A stretch of DNA of 64,000 bases, taken from NCBI GenBank assembly GCA_965637545.1, contig OZ281496.1:29078001-29142000 (forward strand), written 5' to 3'. Below, in pieces: positions 47,232 through 58,587 of the stretch; the stretch's first letter is position 1, and the number at the start of each line of letters is the position of its first letter. This stretch comes from Phallusia mammillata. Taxonomy: Eukaryota. The position numbers and the translations under genes are program-made. Below the pieces are notes generated by a model. It had not been told where the DNA came from. It saw only the letters and a list, made by a program, of their open reading frames with translations, and searched no databases.

Positions 47232-47641
47232 AGCTAATTCATAAGTAATGCTGGAAATAAAGCATTAGCTTTGTTTTTTCAGCACTATATATGAAATGTA
47301 AGATTTTCTTGAATTTTCAGATTAAAACCCCTTTAAACGTTTTGTTATGTGGGTAAGATTTCGAGGATTTTTAAAACATAGAGTAGAGATGTCAGTTTAA
47401 AAAATTTCCATAAAAACGTCAATTGTCACTGTTCAAGCAAACTGCCTGTAAACCCAATTAGTTTTTTAAATGACAAAGCTATTTAAAGTTTGATTTAATT
47501 TGTGCTTCAGAACTTGGACAATATGTTTAATGTGCCCTTAAAACATTAACATTGTTCTTATCAATACATAGGAACAGGTTTTATTTGCGAAACAGGGTTT
47601 TGTACTAACTTTTGACTGTAAAATTTTGTGAAACAACAAAA

Positions 47642-49270
47642 ATGGATCCAAAAATAATTAAAAAGACCCAAGACACTCTTGGCAAGATCATTAAAAAGCC
47701 TCCGTTGACTGAAAAACTATTAAGCAAGCCACCATTCAGGTTTCTACATGATATTGTAACAGAGGTTATTAAGACCACTGGATTTTGCAAAGGCCTGTAT
47801 ACAGCCAGTGAAATGGATTCGAAAAATGTCACAGCGAAAGATGACAAATTGCTTTTTCTTCAAAAACTCATCGACTGTGTTTCATTTGCTAGTGGAAGTA
47901 CAATCTCTGCACGGCCTTCTAAAATAATTGCCGGCCATGAACCTGACAAAACTAATGAGCTTTTGCAGGTTATTGCAAGGTGTATTAAAAAAAATATCTC
48001 CTCTGCGGAGGCTATTGAAAAGGTCAACAAGGGTAAAACAACAAAAAGTTCCAAGCCAAAAGACAAATCTGAATCCAAGCAAGAATCTGGCTCTAAAGAA
48101 GATAATAAGGAGTCTGAAAAGAAAAGTAGACATGATCGTGGTGGGGAACCTTCTGAGAGAAAACGTGAAGCAAGTGCTGACAAACGACGTCGATCTTCCG
48201 ACAGACGTAAAGAATCAGAATTAGAGCAAAGGAATGCTGGGGAAAAACACGAAGAGCGAGAAGAACGTAAGAGAAACAGAAGCAGGAAGCGCCATGAAGA
48301 AAGACCAGAGGAAGACACTAGTTCACCAAGCGTTCAACAGGAAGATGCTGAAATGGATGCAGGTGTACAACCTGATGGAAGAGAAGCTAGCGATGGCGCT
48401 GAACAAAGTGCTCCCAGTAGATCATTGCGACCAGCTTCAGCTAAAGGTCAACGCAGAAGGCCACCTGGTGGTCGCAGTGCAATTCCAGATGGTCAAGCTG
48501 ATTCTCCTGAAGAGCCACCAGCGGCACCAAGAAAACTGGTTAGACCACCAAGTGCCAGGCCGGCAGCACCAAGGGTTAGGCAAAAGCGTGATCCAGCGGA
48601 GGAAGAAATCGCACGGATTGATAGTGGTGGGCAGCAGAGGACTGCTCCAGTGATTATTGACAATGGTTTGAATCAGATGGACTCAGATGATGACGATGAA
48701 CAGTTTGTAGTTGAAGAAGATGACAACACAACCTTGCAATTTGAGCAACCGATGGAATCTCAAAGAAACGGAGAGAACGAAGAAGACGATGGTGAGCATG
48801 GTGGCCTTGTTCGCAAAATTCTTGAAACTAAGAAAGAACTTGAACATTCTGGAGGAAAGCATGCAGGACAAAAACACACTGAAATTCAACGTAGCAACGT
48901 CGCCACAGCCCAGCAGCAAAAGGAGAGACAGCTTGTAGTTAAGGAAATTGATCGCTTGCGTGACTCTGTGCAGAAACTCTGTCAAAGTGCTACTCCACTA
49001 GCAAAAATTATTGACTACATACAAGAAGATATGGATGCCATGCAAACTGAATTACAGTTATGGCAAAAAGAAAACAAAGAACATGCATTAAGACTCAAAG
49101 AGGAGGAAAGTGTAACCACAAGGGGAATGGAACCACTTAAGCTTGAACTTGAAGCAGCAGAACAGGAGATAATATCATACAAAAATCAAACAGCTGCAAC
49201 AAAAGCCAACATAATTCGAAATCAGGACAAAATCAACAAAATGATAATGGCTGTAGCAACTAGGTCTTAA
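47642..49270 (+). CDS. TRAF3IP1: TRAF3-interacting protein 1 / IFT54 (MIP-T3), intronless, 542 aa
   Basis: N-terminal CH-like domain TQDTLGKIIKKPPLTEKLLSKPPFRFLHDIVTEVIKTTGF..SRPSKIIAGHEPDKTNELLQ; charged linker with RPASA/RPPSARPAAP; C-terminal coiled coil HGGLVRKILE..LCQSATPLAKIIDYIQEDMDAMQTEL..KANIIRN. The first ATG is 47642 (the track start 47612 is TTG). Confidence 0.96.
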   Translation: MDPKIIKKTQDTLGKIIKKPPLTEKLLSKPPFRFLHDIVTEVIKTTGFCKGLYTASEMDSKNVTAKDDKLLFLQKLIDCVSFASGSTISARPSKIIAGHEPDKTNELLQVIARCIKKNISSAEAIEKVNKGKTTKSSKPKDKSESKQESGSKEDNKESEKKSRHDRGGEPSERKREASADKRRRSSDRRKESELEQRNAGEKHEEREERKRNRSRKRHEERPEEDTSSPSVQQEDAEMDAGVQPDGREASDGAEQSAPSRSLRPASAKGQRRRPPGGRSAIPDGQADSPEEPPAAPRKLVRPPSARPAAPRVRQKRDPAEEEIARIDSGGQQRTAPVIIDNGLNQMDSDDDDEQFVVEEDDNTTLQFEQPMESQRNGENEEDDGEHGGLVRKILETKKELEHSGGKHAGQKHTEIQRSNVATAQQQKERQLVVKEIDRLRDSVQKLCQSATPLAKIIDYIQEDMDAMQTELQLWQKENKEHALRLKEEESVTTRGMEPLKLELEAAEQEIISYKNQTAATKANIIRNQDKINKMIMAVATRS

Positions 49271-49768
49271 ATCTTGGTGTATTTTTCATTTGAGAGGACA
49301 CTTGAAAATAAGTTTCATTCTTGCTTTGTTTTACTGGCAATTGCCGTTATTTAATGTTATTATTCATATCTGTAAGTTTATTAAATAAAGCTAAAACCTA
49401 TCAAGAACTTTTTTTAACCCAAAATTGAAGCAAATTTGTTAGTTATCTTGATTTATATTTGAGCTGGTAAATAAAGCACTCAAACCCCTGTCATATTGTT
49501 TTTGCACTGTGAAGCTTTTATAAGTCAAGACGGCGGTAAATATTCTTCTTTATGGTTTATGTGTATTTGTTATACAATAACCTGGTTCTTTATTTTAACC
49601 ACCGTCTTGACTTATAAAAGCTTCACAGTGCACACCAAAAATTGTTGTTTTTTATTCATTTACTATGTATGTAAATTTGTGTAAATAAGAAGATGTTAGA
49701 TTTTATTTGTGAAAATAAACGCTTCAGTGAATGGAATGGTTTATTTGGTCAAGGATTTTGTGCTAATG

Positions 49769-49972
49769 CAGTGGCTCCCAACCTTTATTCCTCCTTAATA
49801 GACTACACAGTAGATGGTAAACTGTACAAAGATCATTTTAGACTGGGTCATGTATCAACTTTACAGGTTCTATTCCCAGAGCTTAAGTGTTTATTTACAA
49901 AAACATGACATAAAAAAGAGAAGCAATTTATCCAATGAAGTTTTAAGATTCCTCCCTGGTTGGGAACCACTG
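49769..49972. mobile_element. Short hAT-type MITE (CAGTGG(C/T)TCCCAACC)
   Basis: TIRs CAGTGGCTCCCAACC / GGTTGGGAACCACTG; imperfect TSD TGCTAATG / TAATAATG. Related remnants near 14320-14540 and 24030-24245. Confidence 0.65.
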
Positions 49973-51951
49973 TAATAATGTATAACAAGAGTAAGTGGAT
50001 GTAAGTTGTATGAAAAAATGCCTTATAATATCTTATAACCAACGTGAAAGTTTTATAATATCTTATAACCAAACCATTTGTTTTTAATTTTAGGACGGAC
50101 TACTAGAAACGAAGTATTTCGGTTTTTAACTGGGTACCGGGTATGCCATAAAAAAAGTTGCACGTATGTGTCTGCATTAGGCAACAAATGATATTTTCCA
50201 TGTTGTGTAACTTATTCAGTTGAAATAGGCGATTTGCTTGATAGTTTTTGTACAAATATTTGATTTTTTACAAAAACTTGATCCTGGCGTCTTTGAAACA
50301 AAAACGTCGCACATAGCGGACATTTAGGTAATTAGCGGGAAAGTTGCGCTGTGTATGTAGTATCTATGCGCTGTCTTCTGTAAAATTCTCTTGGAAGTTT
50401 GGGTTTTTTAAGCTACTCGGTCGCTGGTTGTGACAAAAATGAAGGTAAGTTCACCAATAAAACTGATTACATTTGTTAATGTTTGTCTACCTATTTACTT
50501 TTGAAACGTTTATGGACTAAATTGTCTTATTTTGCGTCTTTTATTTTGTTATTTGACCCTCAATCAAATATGAGCATTTTTATATGCATCATTCTAATGT
50601 ACCTGAGATCAACAATAACTTACATATCCATGTAGATGTAAACACAGCTTTATTTCCACTGGCAACTTTGGATTTATGTATGTGTAATAAGAAAATTTTA
50701 ACATTAAAGACTGTAAATATTAAATAAGAGAGGATTTTTTTGTCAATATTTAGGAATAGAAAACCATATGCTACAATAAACCTGCTTCAAACTTTATGTT
50801 AAATTTTTGGAAAGCCTGGAAAATTTCAGAAGCATTTTTGGAATCAAATACATGGATTTACAATCAATCCAATTCATGGTATTATATGCTCATTGTACAA
50901 GGCAATTTATATATATATTATGTATGTAATGTTTTTACCATAGTTTTTATTATATGCAAGCTCAAATTTTGACTGCTAAAGGTTGTAGTTTGGTCTTTTA
51001 AAATTTATAAGAGTTGCATTGTTTTGCTTTTCAAACTGCATTTACTGATAGTATTATGTTTTATCAATCGCACACCTAAAATTTGCTTGCACTTGACATA
51101 TTGTACATTTCAACTGTGCACTTTAGCCAATATTGGAAAATTGAATGTCAATCAAACAACAAATGGGATGCAATTGATAATGTATAAATTCGAATTCTAA
51201 ACAAGTTTATTCAGTGAAAAATGAAACAGGTAATTATCACACCGTTTTTGGATTGATTAGAAGCAATTTATTCTAACATTTTTGTCTTACCAAGGCTAAT
51301 AACAGCTTTGTTTCACATAATGTACTTTGGAAAAATAGTCATGGTAAGTATTTGACACATCCAAAAGTGTTATGGGTGTCAAGCATAATGCTTTGGAATT
51401 TGATTCGAGGTTGCTCATATTTTAAAGATTACTTTGCACAACAACTTTGGTAAGTTACTATTACAACCTTGTGCTGCAAGGAATGAATTAGCCTACAGCA
51501 GGTAAGAAAAGGCAAATGATGAAGTATTAGTAGAGAATGTGGTGGAAGAAGAAAATTTTGTTGGGAAGAAAACAGTTTTGTAGCTGCTTCGTTTTTTGCA
51601 ATTGAGTTTTTGGAGAAAGTTGAAACCACTTTGTAAAAAAAGTATAACAAATGTTTTGTATTGATCATGCCCTGAAAAAATGAAAAAGGTAAGTGTATGT
51701 TTGACAAACCGGAATACAACCAGGAATAGGAAATAATGGGCTGCTGGCGCCATCTTATGATACCAACTCCCCAAGGAATTCTAGACGTAGCAACAAAGGG
51801 TGTTGGATTTTTCTTTCTGCATTCTCCACTTATATTGTAGTATATGTAGTGTTTTATAATGTGCCGGTTACCATCGTGTGTCGTCTGTTGCATGGACCGT
51901 TGTGTGCATGGTTATTCTACCTAGCGTGTGCTGATGGTGTGCTGCGTATTG

Positions 51952-52609
51952 CAGGGGTGTCAAACTCGTTGAGTTCAGGGGCCACATTGTAGTTTGGAAA
52001 TTATGCCGAGGGCCGCATGTGATTTTTTATCCAGTTTAAACAACCTTTTCGCTACGATCCTTATTACACCAACAGCCGCCAATTACCTACTGGATATATG
52101 TATATATATATATACCATTTATTGACGCCACAAAATCCCTGATTAATCTCTAACATGATAAACAGATTGAGCTGCACAGTGTGAAGATCAGTTTTAACTG
52201 TTTATTACGTCATAATCTATAGTGTGACGCTTTTGGTACCTGTTTTTTCGCATTGTTTGCACACAATAGGCCTACAAAAGTCTGACGCATATGGCTGCTA
52301 GGCTGGTAATACTATTTCCAGTAACACAAAATCTGTTTAGAGCAGTTGATTTTTAATTACATAGCCGCTACATATATTTTAATTAACAAGTTCACGGCCG
52401 CACAAAACCTCTCCGCGGTCGCATGTGACCTTAAGGCCCTATTCATACCACATGAATTTTTATGTATTAATTAAATGTCTGTTTGAATACCAGCTTTCAC
52501 TTCGAAAATTGAGAAAAAAATATTATAATTAGATAAAAATCTGACAAAATACTACAATTGTTGTTAAGTGTTCGTGGGCCGCATGCGGGCCGCGAGTTTG
52601 ACACCCCTG
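51952..52609. mobile_element. hAT-type MITE (CAGGGGTGTCAAACTCG) inside the 5' LTR
   Basis: TIRs as in 43514-44084; perfect TSD GCGTATTG at 51944-51951 and 52610-52617; absent from the 3' LTR. Confidence 0.95.
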
Positions 52610-52674
52610 GCGTATTGGACAGCAACATAATAAATCTGGTATAATCCCGCAAAGCGTGAGTGAGACGCTACATT

Positions 52675-52687
52675 TGGCGACGAGGAT
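52675..52687 (+). promoter_or_regulatory. Primer-binding site complementary to the tRNA-Ser(GCU) 3' end
   Basis: TGGCGACGAGGAT, 2 nt after the 5' LTR; complements ..AUCCUCGUCG-CCA of eukaryotic tRNA-Ser(GCU), recalled from memory. Confidence 0.8.
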
Positions 52688-52745
52688 CTGTTTTACGTTT
52701 GGGTTGATTGTGCATCTTCCGGAAGGAAATCCTGACCTCGTGGGA

Positions 52746-53896
52746 ATGTCAAACAGTGATGTCGGTGCACTGAAACCATTTGATGTTCAAGACGGTGCAC
52801 ATGGTTTATCTCAACGCTGGAAACGTTGGAAACGAGCTTTCAATATATTCTTGGTGGGAAAGGGAATCACGAGTAGCGTTCAGAAAAAGGCACTGTTGCT
52901 ACATACTGCAGGTATGAATGTGCAGGAAATTTACTATACACTAGTAAACGAGGAAGATGACAACAAGACCTATGATGAAACTTTAACTGTTTTAAATGAG
53001 TATTTTATATCAAAGTGCAACATACCTTTTGAAAGACATTTGTTTCGTCAATTGCATCAAACAAATGACGAATCAGTTGATCAGTTTGTATGTCGATTAA
53101 GGCAAAGTGCAGCTACTTGCAATTTCGGAAATGAAGCAGATGACCAAATTCGTGATCAAGTAATTGATAAATGTCACTCAAATGCACTACGAAGAAAGTT
53201 TCTGGAAAAGGATACACTTACCCTTAAAGATGTGTTGTCAATGTCCAAAGCATTTGAAGCTGTGAATTCCCAAGCAAAAGTGATGGAGGGAAGCCAGGCA
53301 GTCAACTACATTGAAAAGTCTGGAAAACGTCAGGTTGCTTCGACATCAAGAAAAGAGGGAAAAACCTGTTTTGCTTGTGGCCAAAAGGGACATTTTAAGA
53401 AAGATATGATATGTCCAGCTAGAAGAAAAGCTTGTGCTAAATGTGGTAGAGTGGGACACTTCAAATTAAAGTGTTGGTCCAATGGTTTCAAGCCATCAAA
53501 ATATAATGGTGAAGAGGGACATCGTCCATTGGGAAGGCGATCGAATAATAACACTGTTCAAAATGGAATAGAGAATGAAGATGGTGATGGATTTGTTTTC
53601 GGTCTGAAACCTTTAACAGAGTTTTATACAGTGACACTGGTAATTGGTGGTGTTACATTGCCAAATATTTTGGTTGATTCAGGGGCATCAGCAAATATTG
53701 TTGACAAGGATACATGGGAATGGCTGAAGAAGCAGAAACCAGAAAGTCTGCAAAGACCCTGTATGCATATGGAAGTAAAGGGCCTCTTGCTACCTTGGGC
53801 ACTTTTACAGCTCAGGTGAAGTCTAAAGACAGTCTTCATGAGTGCAAGGCAGATTTCATTGTTACAGAAAGAAAAGGTCACACCTTGTTGGGAAAG
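52746..53896 (+). pseudogene. Gypsy gag + aspartic protease (frameshift near 53730)
   Basis: Double Zn knuckle CFACGQKGH..CPARRKACAKCGRVGHFKLKC; protease ILVDSGASANIV; continues in another frame as KSAKTLYAYGSKGPL..HTLLGK up to the Penelope insertion. Confidence 0.9.
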
Positions 53897-54029
53897 ATCA
53901 AAACGATAACTTTAGTAATAGATCAAAACCATCAACAGCATGTCTTAAACTGACGATCACTGTTTGCCTTTTGAACTTTAATACAGTAAAACCGAAAGAC
54001 TGTAAATCCTTGGTTTAAACAGAATCAGT

Positions 54030-54088
54030 CGGTTTTAAATGAAGGAATATATATTTCGCCTATGTGGCATCATCAGTTCCTGTAACCG
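54030..54088 (-). ncRNA. Type I hammerhead ribozyme, family C, in the Penelope 3' repeat
   Basis: CGGUUacaGGAA-CUGAUGA-U-GCC acaua GGC-GAAA-UAUA-UA/UUCC uucauuuaa AACCG; predicted cleavage after AUA between 54048 and 54047. Confidence 0.88.
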
Positions 54089-54339
54089 AAATACAATACG
54101 ATATAAAAATGATTGCTGAAACAAACACGATAAAATAAATAAAAGCAGTAAAACACTAAAACAAGATTTTGCTGTTTCAAACTGTCAACGCTGTCTGAGC
54201 CAACCTCAAACACAAACAGAACAAGCGAAAACTCCGGGCACTGAATCAAGGGAGAAAAAAATGAAAATACAGATAAGAAAAGTAGGGCAGGCACGCGCAT
54301 GCAGGGATAAACCAACGGTGGTGGGTACCGATGGAATTT

Positions 54340-55422
54340 CTAACGTATACGAGGCAGGACCATTTCTTGAATATTGATTGTAACGTCCAATATTTTCTGC
54401 CATTTGGCCTCGCACAAGTCTAAATTTTCTTTATTAGGTCTTTCAACAAAAGTAATGTAGAAACATGTAGCGATGTCGGGTTTCTGTTTTAAAATATCAG
54501 TGTGGTTGCTGGCGTAATGCCGTAATAGAGCTGCTTTGTCATTTTTTTCCTTGAAGTTGAAAGTTTTCCACACCGCTCTGTGTCCGCGCCACCGTACAGC
54601 AAATGGGTTCTTTGTTTGGCCAACATAACAAGCATTGCATTTTATGCATTTAGCCACATAAATACCGTAGTCGCGGCAACAAAGGGTTTGTTTGAGACGC
54701 ATTTCTCCAGCGGGTGTATAAATTGTGGTAGTATTGGGCACCATTGATTTATAGTTGCCGTAATGCCCACAAAGGCCGCAGTGTTGACATGGATGGGATC
54801 TGCCTGCTGTGCTTGATTTACGCTCTTCACACGCAATGCGCCTGTAGTTTGTCAGTAATCCTCCCAGTGTAGCTGGCCGTTTGTAAACCACGCAAACATT
54901 GGGTTGCAGGTTCCTTTCTTTTCCTGAAATCTGTAGCGACTTAGGAAAAGCCGTTGGCCAGACAAGTCTTGTGGTGTTGTTCTTTTTTGACTTTTTTGAC
55001 TCTGTTGCCGTTGTGCTGTCCCAGGTCCAGGTTTTGGCAACTTTAAGGTTGTGCATTACTAGATTTTTTGGAAAATGCGATCGCAAACATTTCTGCTGCA
55101 GTCTTTCCAGGCTGGTATTATAGCGCTCGTCATTTTCGTTAAGTCTCCGCAATCGCCTTGCCTCCCCAACAACAATGGACTTAAATATGCTGAGTGGGTG
55201 GTGTGATGTTCCGTGTAAAAAAAGGCGATTGATTGCAGTTGGCTTAACGAAATCAGTCAAAATAAAACCGAAAGGATTTTGGGGAAAACATACATGCAGC
55301 ACGTCCAGAAATTCCACCTGATCATCTTTCTTTGCAGTGCAGAGGCTGCGAAACGTCAGTTGAAGATTGTATATCTCCAGTCCCGTAGTCAGTGCCGCCT
55401 GTATCTGTCTATTTGAAGCAGG
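54340..55422 (-). CDS. Penelope ORF remnant: RT C-terminus/thumb + GIY-YIG endonuclease, 360 open codons, no start
   Basis: VEFLDV (RT7), FVKPT..LHGTSHHP..FKSIVVGEARRLRR (PLE thumb), CQHCGLC, GIYVAKCIKCNACYVGQT..RWRGH..E (GIY-YIG). Open from the inversion junction to the stop. Confidence 0.9.
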   Translation of the reverse strand, partial: PASNRQIQAALTTGLEIYNLQLTFRSLCTAKKDDQVEFLDVLHVCFPQNPFGFILTDFVKPTAINRLFLHGTSHHPLSIFKSIVVGEARRLRRLNENDERYNTSLERLQQKCLRSHFPKNLVMHNLKVAKTWTWDSTTATESKKSKKNNTTRLVWPTAFPKSLQISGKERNLQPNVCVVYKRPATLGGLLTNYRRIACEERKSSTAGRSHPCQHCGLCGHYGNYKSMVPNTTTIYTPAGEMRLKQTLCCRDYGIYVAKCIKCNACYVGQTKNPFAVRWRGHRAVWKTFNFKEKNDKAALLRHYASNHTDILKQKPDIATCFYITFVERPNKENLDLCEAKWQKILDVTINIQEMVLPRIR

Positions 55423-55726
55423 TATTGGACGCTACAATCAATATTCAAGAAATGGTCCTGCCTCGTATACGTTAGAAATTCCATCGGTACCCACCACCGT
55501 TGGTTTATCCCTGCATGCGCGTGCCTGCCCTACTTTTCTTATCTGTATTTTCATTTTTTTCTCCCTTGATTCAGTGCCCGGAGTTTTCGCTTGTTCTGTT
55601 TGTGTTTGAGGTTGGTTTAGACAGCGTTGACAGTTTGAAACAGCAAAATCTTGTTTTAGTGTTTTACTGCTTTTATTTATTTTATCGTGTTTGTTTCAGC
55701 AATCATTTTTATATCGTATTGTATTT

Positions 55727-55785
55727 CGGTTACAGGAACTGATGATGCCACATAGGCGAAATATATATTCCTTCATTTAAAACCG
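55727..55785 (+). ncRNA. Type I hammerhead ribozyme, family C, in the inverted repeat
   Basis: GGAA 55735-55738, CUGAUGA 55739-55745, GCC/GGC stem II, GAAA 55758-55761, AUA 55765-55767, UUCC 55768-55771; distal CGGUU/AACCG pairing. Confidence 0.88.
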
Positions 55786-55845
55786 ACTGATTCTGTTTAA
55801 ACCAAGGATTTACAGTCTTTCGGTTTTACAGTATTGTTGGGAAAG

Positions 55846-58587
55846 CGTACTGCAGAAGTGTTAGGATTACTACACTTGGGGCCAAGTTGTGTGAACTCTG
55901 TGTATGATGATGTTTTGTCCAGATATCCAAAACTGTTTTCTGGAATTGGTCTGTTGAAAGACTACAAGTTGAAGTTGCACATCAATGATAAAGTTCAACC
56001 TGTGGCACAGCCTGTGAGAAGAATTCCATTTCAGCTGAGAGAAAAAGTGGAATTAAAACTTGAAGAGCTGTTGAAGGAGGGGATAATCGAAGAAGCACCT
56101 GAAGGGCCTACTGGTTGGATTTCTCCATTGGTGGTTATTCCTAAACCTGATGGTGACATTAGAGTGTGTGTGGATATGCGACAGGCTAATACAGCTATCG
56201 TGAGGGAAAGACATCCAATACCCACAGTGGAAGAGTTGCTTTATGAGCTTAACGGAAGTACTGTTTTCAGTAAATTGGACTTAAAGTGGGGATTTCATCA
56301 AATTTTACTTGATGAACACAGCAGGCATATCACTACATTTAATACACACAAGGGATTGTACAGGTATACTAGACTAATGTTTGGTCTAAACTCTGCCCCA
56401 GAGAAATACCAGAAGATTATATGGGATGTTTTGAAAGGATGTCAAGGAACTGCAAACATTGCAGATGATGTGATTATACATGGGCGTACAAGGAAAGAGC
56501 ATGATCAGAGGTTGTTTGCTGTGTTGGATAAAATGTCTCAGTGTGGTCTGACACTGAATGCTAAAAAGTGCAAATTTCGTATGGCTAAACTTACCTTTTT
56601 TGGACATGATTTGAGCAAGCAAGGGATTAATCCAAGTGAAGAGAAAATAGCAGCAATCAAGAATGCTCAACCTCCCAAAACTGCCAGTGAAGCAAGATCT
56701 TTTATGGGATTGGTGCAGTATTCTGCAAGGTTTATTCCCAATTTATCTTCAATTGCAAGACCCATTTTGGATTTAACAAAGAAAACTGTCAAGTTTACAT
56801 GGGGCAAGGCCCAGGACATTGCATTTGTAAGACTGAAGGATTTAATTGTGAAAGCAGATACACTTGCCTATTTTCGTAATGACTGCACAACAAGAGTAAT
56901 TGCAGATGCTTCTCCATATGGATTGGGTGCAGTTCTGACTCAGTGGCAATGTGGTCAATGGAGAGTTATATCTTATGCATCAAGGAGTCTTACTGATGTT
57001 GAATAAAGATACAGCCAAACAGAACGAGAGGCATTGCCTCTAGTTTGGGCTTGTGAGAGGTTTAATTTGTACCTGTTTGGAAAGAAGTTTGAATTAGAGA
57101 CTGACCATAAACCATCTAAACCTCCAGCACGTATTGAACGTTGGGTGCTGAGACTGCAAGGGTATGATTTTCAAGTTGTTTACAGACCAGGCAAAACTAA
57201 TATTGCCGATGCATTGTCAAGACTTAATTTAGCATGCTGTATTGACAACAGTGTTTCTGAGGACTTCATTGGTCAAGTTGTGGAATACAGTACACCTGTT
57301 GCTATGTCATCAAAAGAAGTGGAAAGAGAATCTGAAAATGATGAAGAACTAAGAATGGTCAGACATTGTGTGAAAACAGGTGATTGGTCAAAATGTGTGA
57401 ATCCAAGCTACCTACATGTGAAAAATGAACTCAGTATATATGGAAACCTGATACTTAGAGGCACTCGACTTGTAATTCCGGGTAGTTTGCGCCAAGCTGT
57501 GTTGAAACTTGCTCATGAGGGACACCAGGGTATTGTGAAAACAAAGAACAGGCTTCGTTGTAAAGTTTGGTGGCCAAAGATGGATAGAGATGCAGAAACC
57601 CTGTGTAAGAAGTGTCATGGATGCCAAGTAACCAGTGAGTACAGCAGGCCAGAACCAATTGCAAGAGTTCTACCTCCAAGTCAACCATGGCAGGATTGTG
57701 CAGCTGATATACTGGGACCTTTACCAAGTGGAGACAACATATTGGTGTTGGTGGATTACTATAGCAGGTTCTATGAAGTAGTAATTATGAGGTAAATTAC
57801 AAGTTCCTGTGTAATACAAGCGCTAAGCAAAATATTTGCACGATTTGGTATGCCTTACTCACTTCGGACTGATAATGGTCCACAGTTCATTTCTAAAGAA
57901 TTTGAAGATTTTCTAAAAGAAAATGGTATTGAACATGTTCATACAACTCCACTTTGGCCTCAAGCTAATGGGGAAGTGGAGAGACAGAACAGAACTCGAA
58001 TGAAGGCAATTCATGTGGCTCATTTGGAACACAAAGATTGGAAGGCTGAGATTAACAATTTTTTAATGGCGTACAGATCAACACCACAGTCAACAACTGG
58101 AGCTTCTCCATATTATTTAATGTTTGGTCGTGAAATGCGAACAAAGCTTCCGGAGCTTTGTCAAGAACCAAATGTGACTGAAGAAGAGTTTCATGACAGA
58201 GACTGGAGCAACAAGTTGAAAGGAAAACTATACACTGATGAGAAAAGAAGAGCAATTTCCTCCGGAATGAAAGTTGGTGATCAAGTTTTGGTGAAGCAGC
58301 CCAAAACTAACAAGCTTTCTACAAATTTTGATCCGGAACCTAAAAAAGTTGTCGGTGAAGAAAGTGGTGAAGTTACAATTCAGAATAAGGAGGGGGTGGA
58401 AATGAAAAGAAATTCATCATTTCTGCGAAAGTATGTCAATGACGAAAGTATATCAGAGGATGTTCCCCATGTACCACCATTGGTCGATGTGGAAGCCTCA
58501 TCCCCAAATTCTGATGTGACAAATGGAACGCGAAGTCGCTCTGGACGACAAATTACAACGCCAATACGGTTTCGTGATTTTGTGTAG
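55846..58587 (+). pseudogene. Gypsy pol (RT, RNase H, integrase) with two in-frame stops
   Basis: WISPLVVIPKPDG..VCVDMR, FSKLDL..GFHQ, ANIADDVII, DASPYGLGAVL, ETDHKP, HHCC zinc finger, DILGP, DNGPQF, NGEVERQNR, SPYYLMFGR. Stops at 57004-57006 and 57793-57795; short deletion after TDHKP. Confidence 0.95.

Larger units (their letters stand above)
53897..55833 (-). mobile_element. 5'-truncated Penelope-like element (GIY-YIG type) with inverted terminal repeat
   Basis: 12-bp TSD TTGTTGGGAAAG at 53885-53896 and 55834-55845; 411-bp inverted repeat 53982-54392 / 55423-55833 with about 4 differences; an extra 3' tail at 53897-53981. Confidence 0.95.

Noticed and set aside
47612-47641. Track start codons at 47612, 52656 and 10311
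   Set aside because: These are TTG/GTG starts from the ORF caller; for this eukaryote the first ATGs (47642, 52746, 10323) were used.
47605-48985. Overlapping and antisense ORFs within TRAF3IP1 (for example 47860-48318 minus)
   Set aside because: Shadow frames of low-complexity charged coding sequence; no motifs.
54340-55317. Host GIY-YIG nuclease gene or group I intron homing endonuclease
   Set aside because: Fused to a Penelope RT thumb, bounded by a TSD and inverted repeat, and has no start codon.
54073-55742. Duplicated ORFs MVYPCMRVP.. and ..GRYNQYSRNGPASY.. on opposite strands
   Set aside because: Read-outs of the Penelope inverted repeat, not genes.
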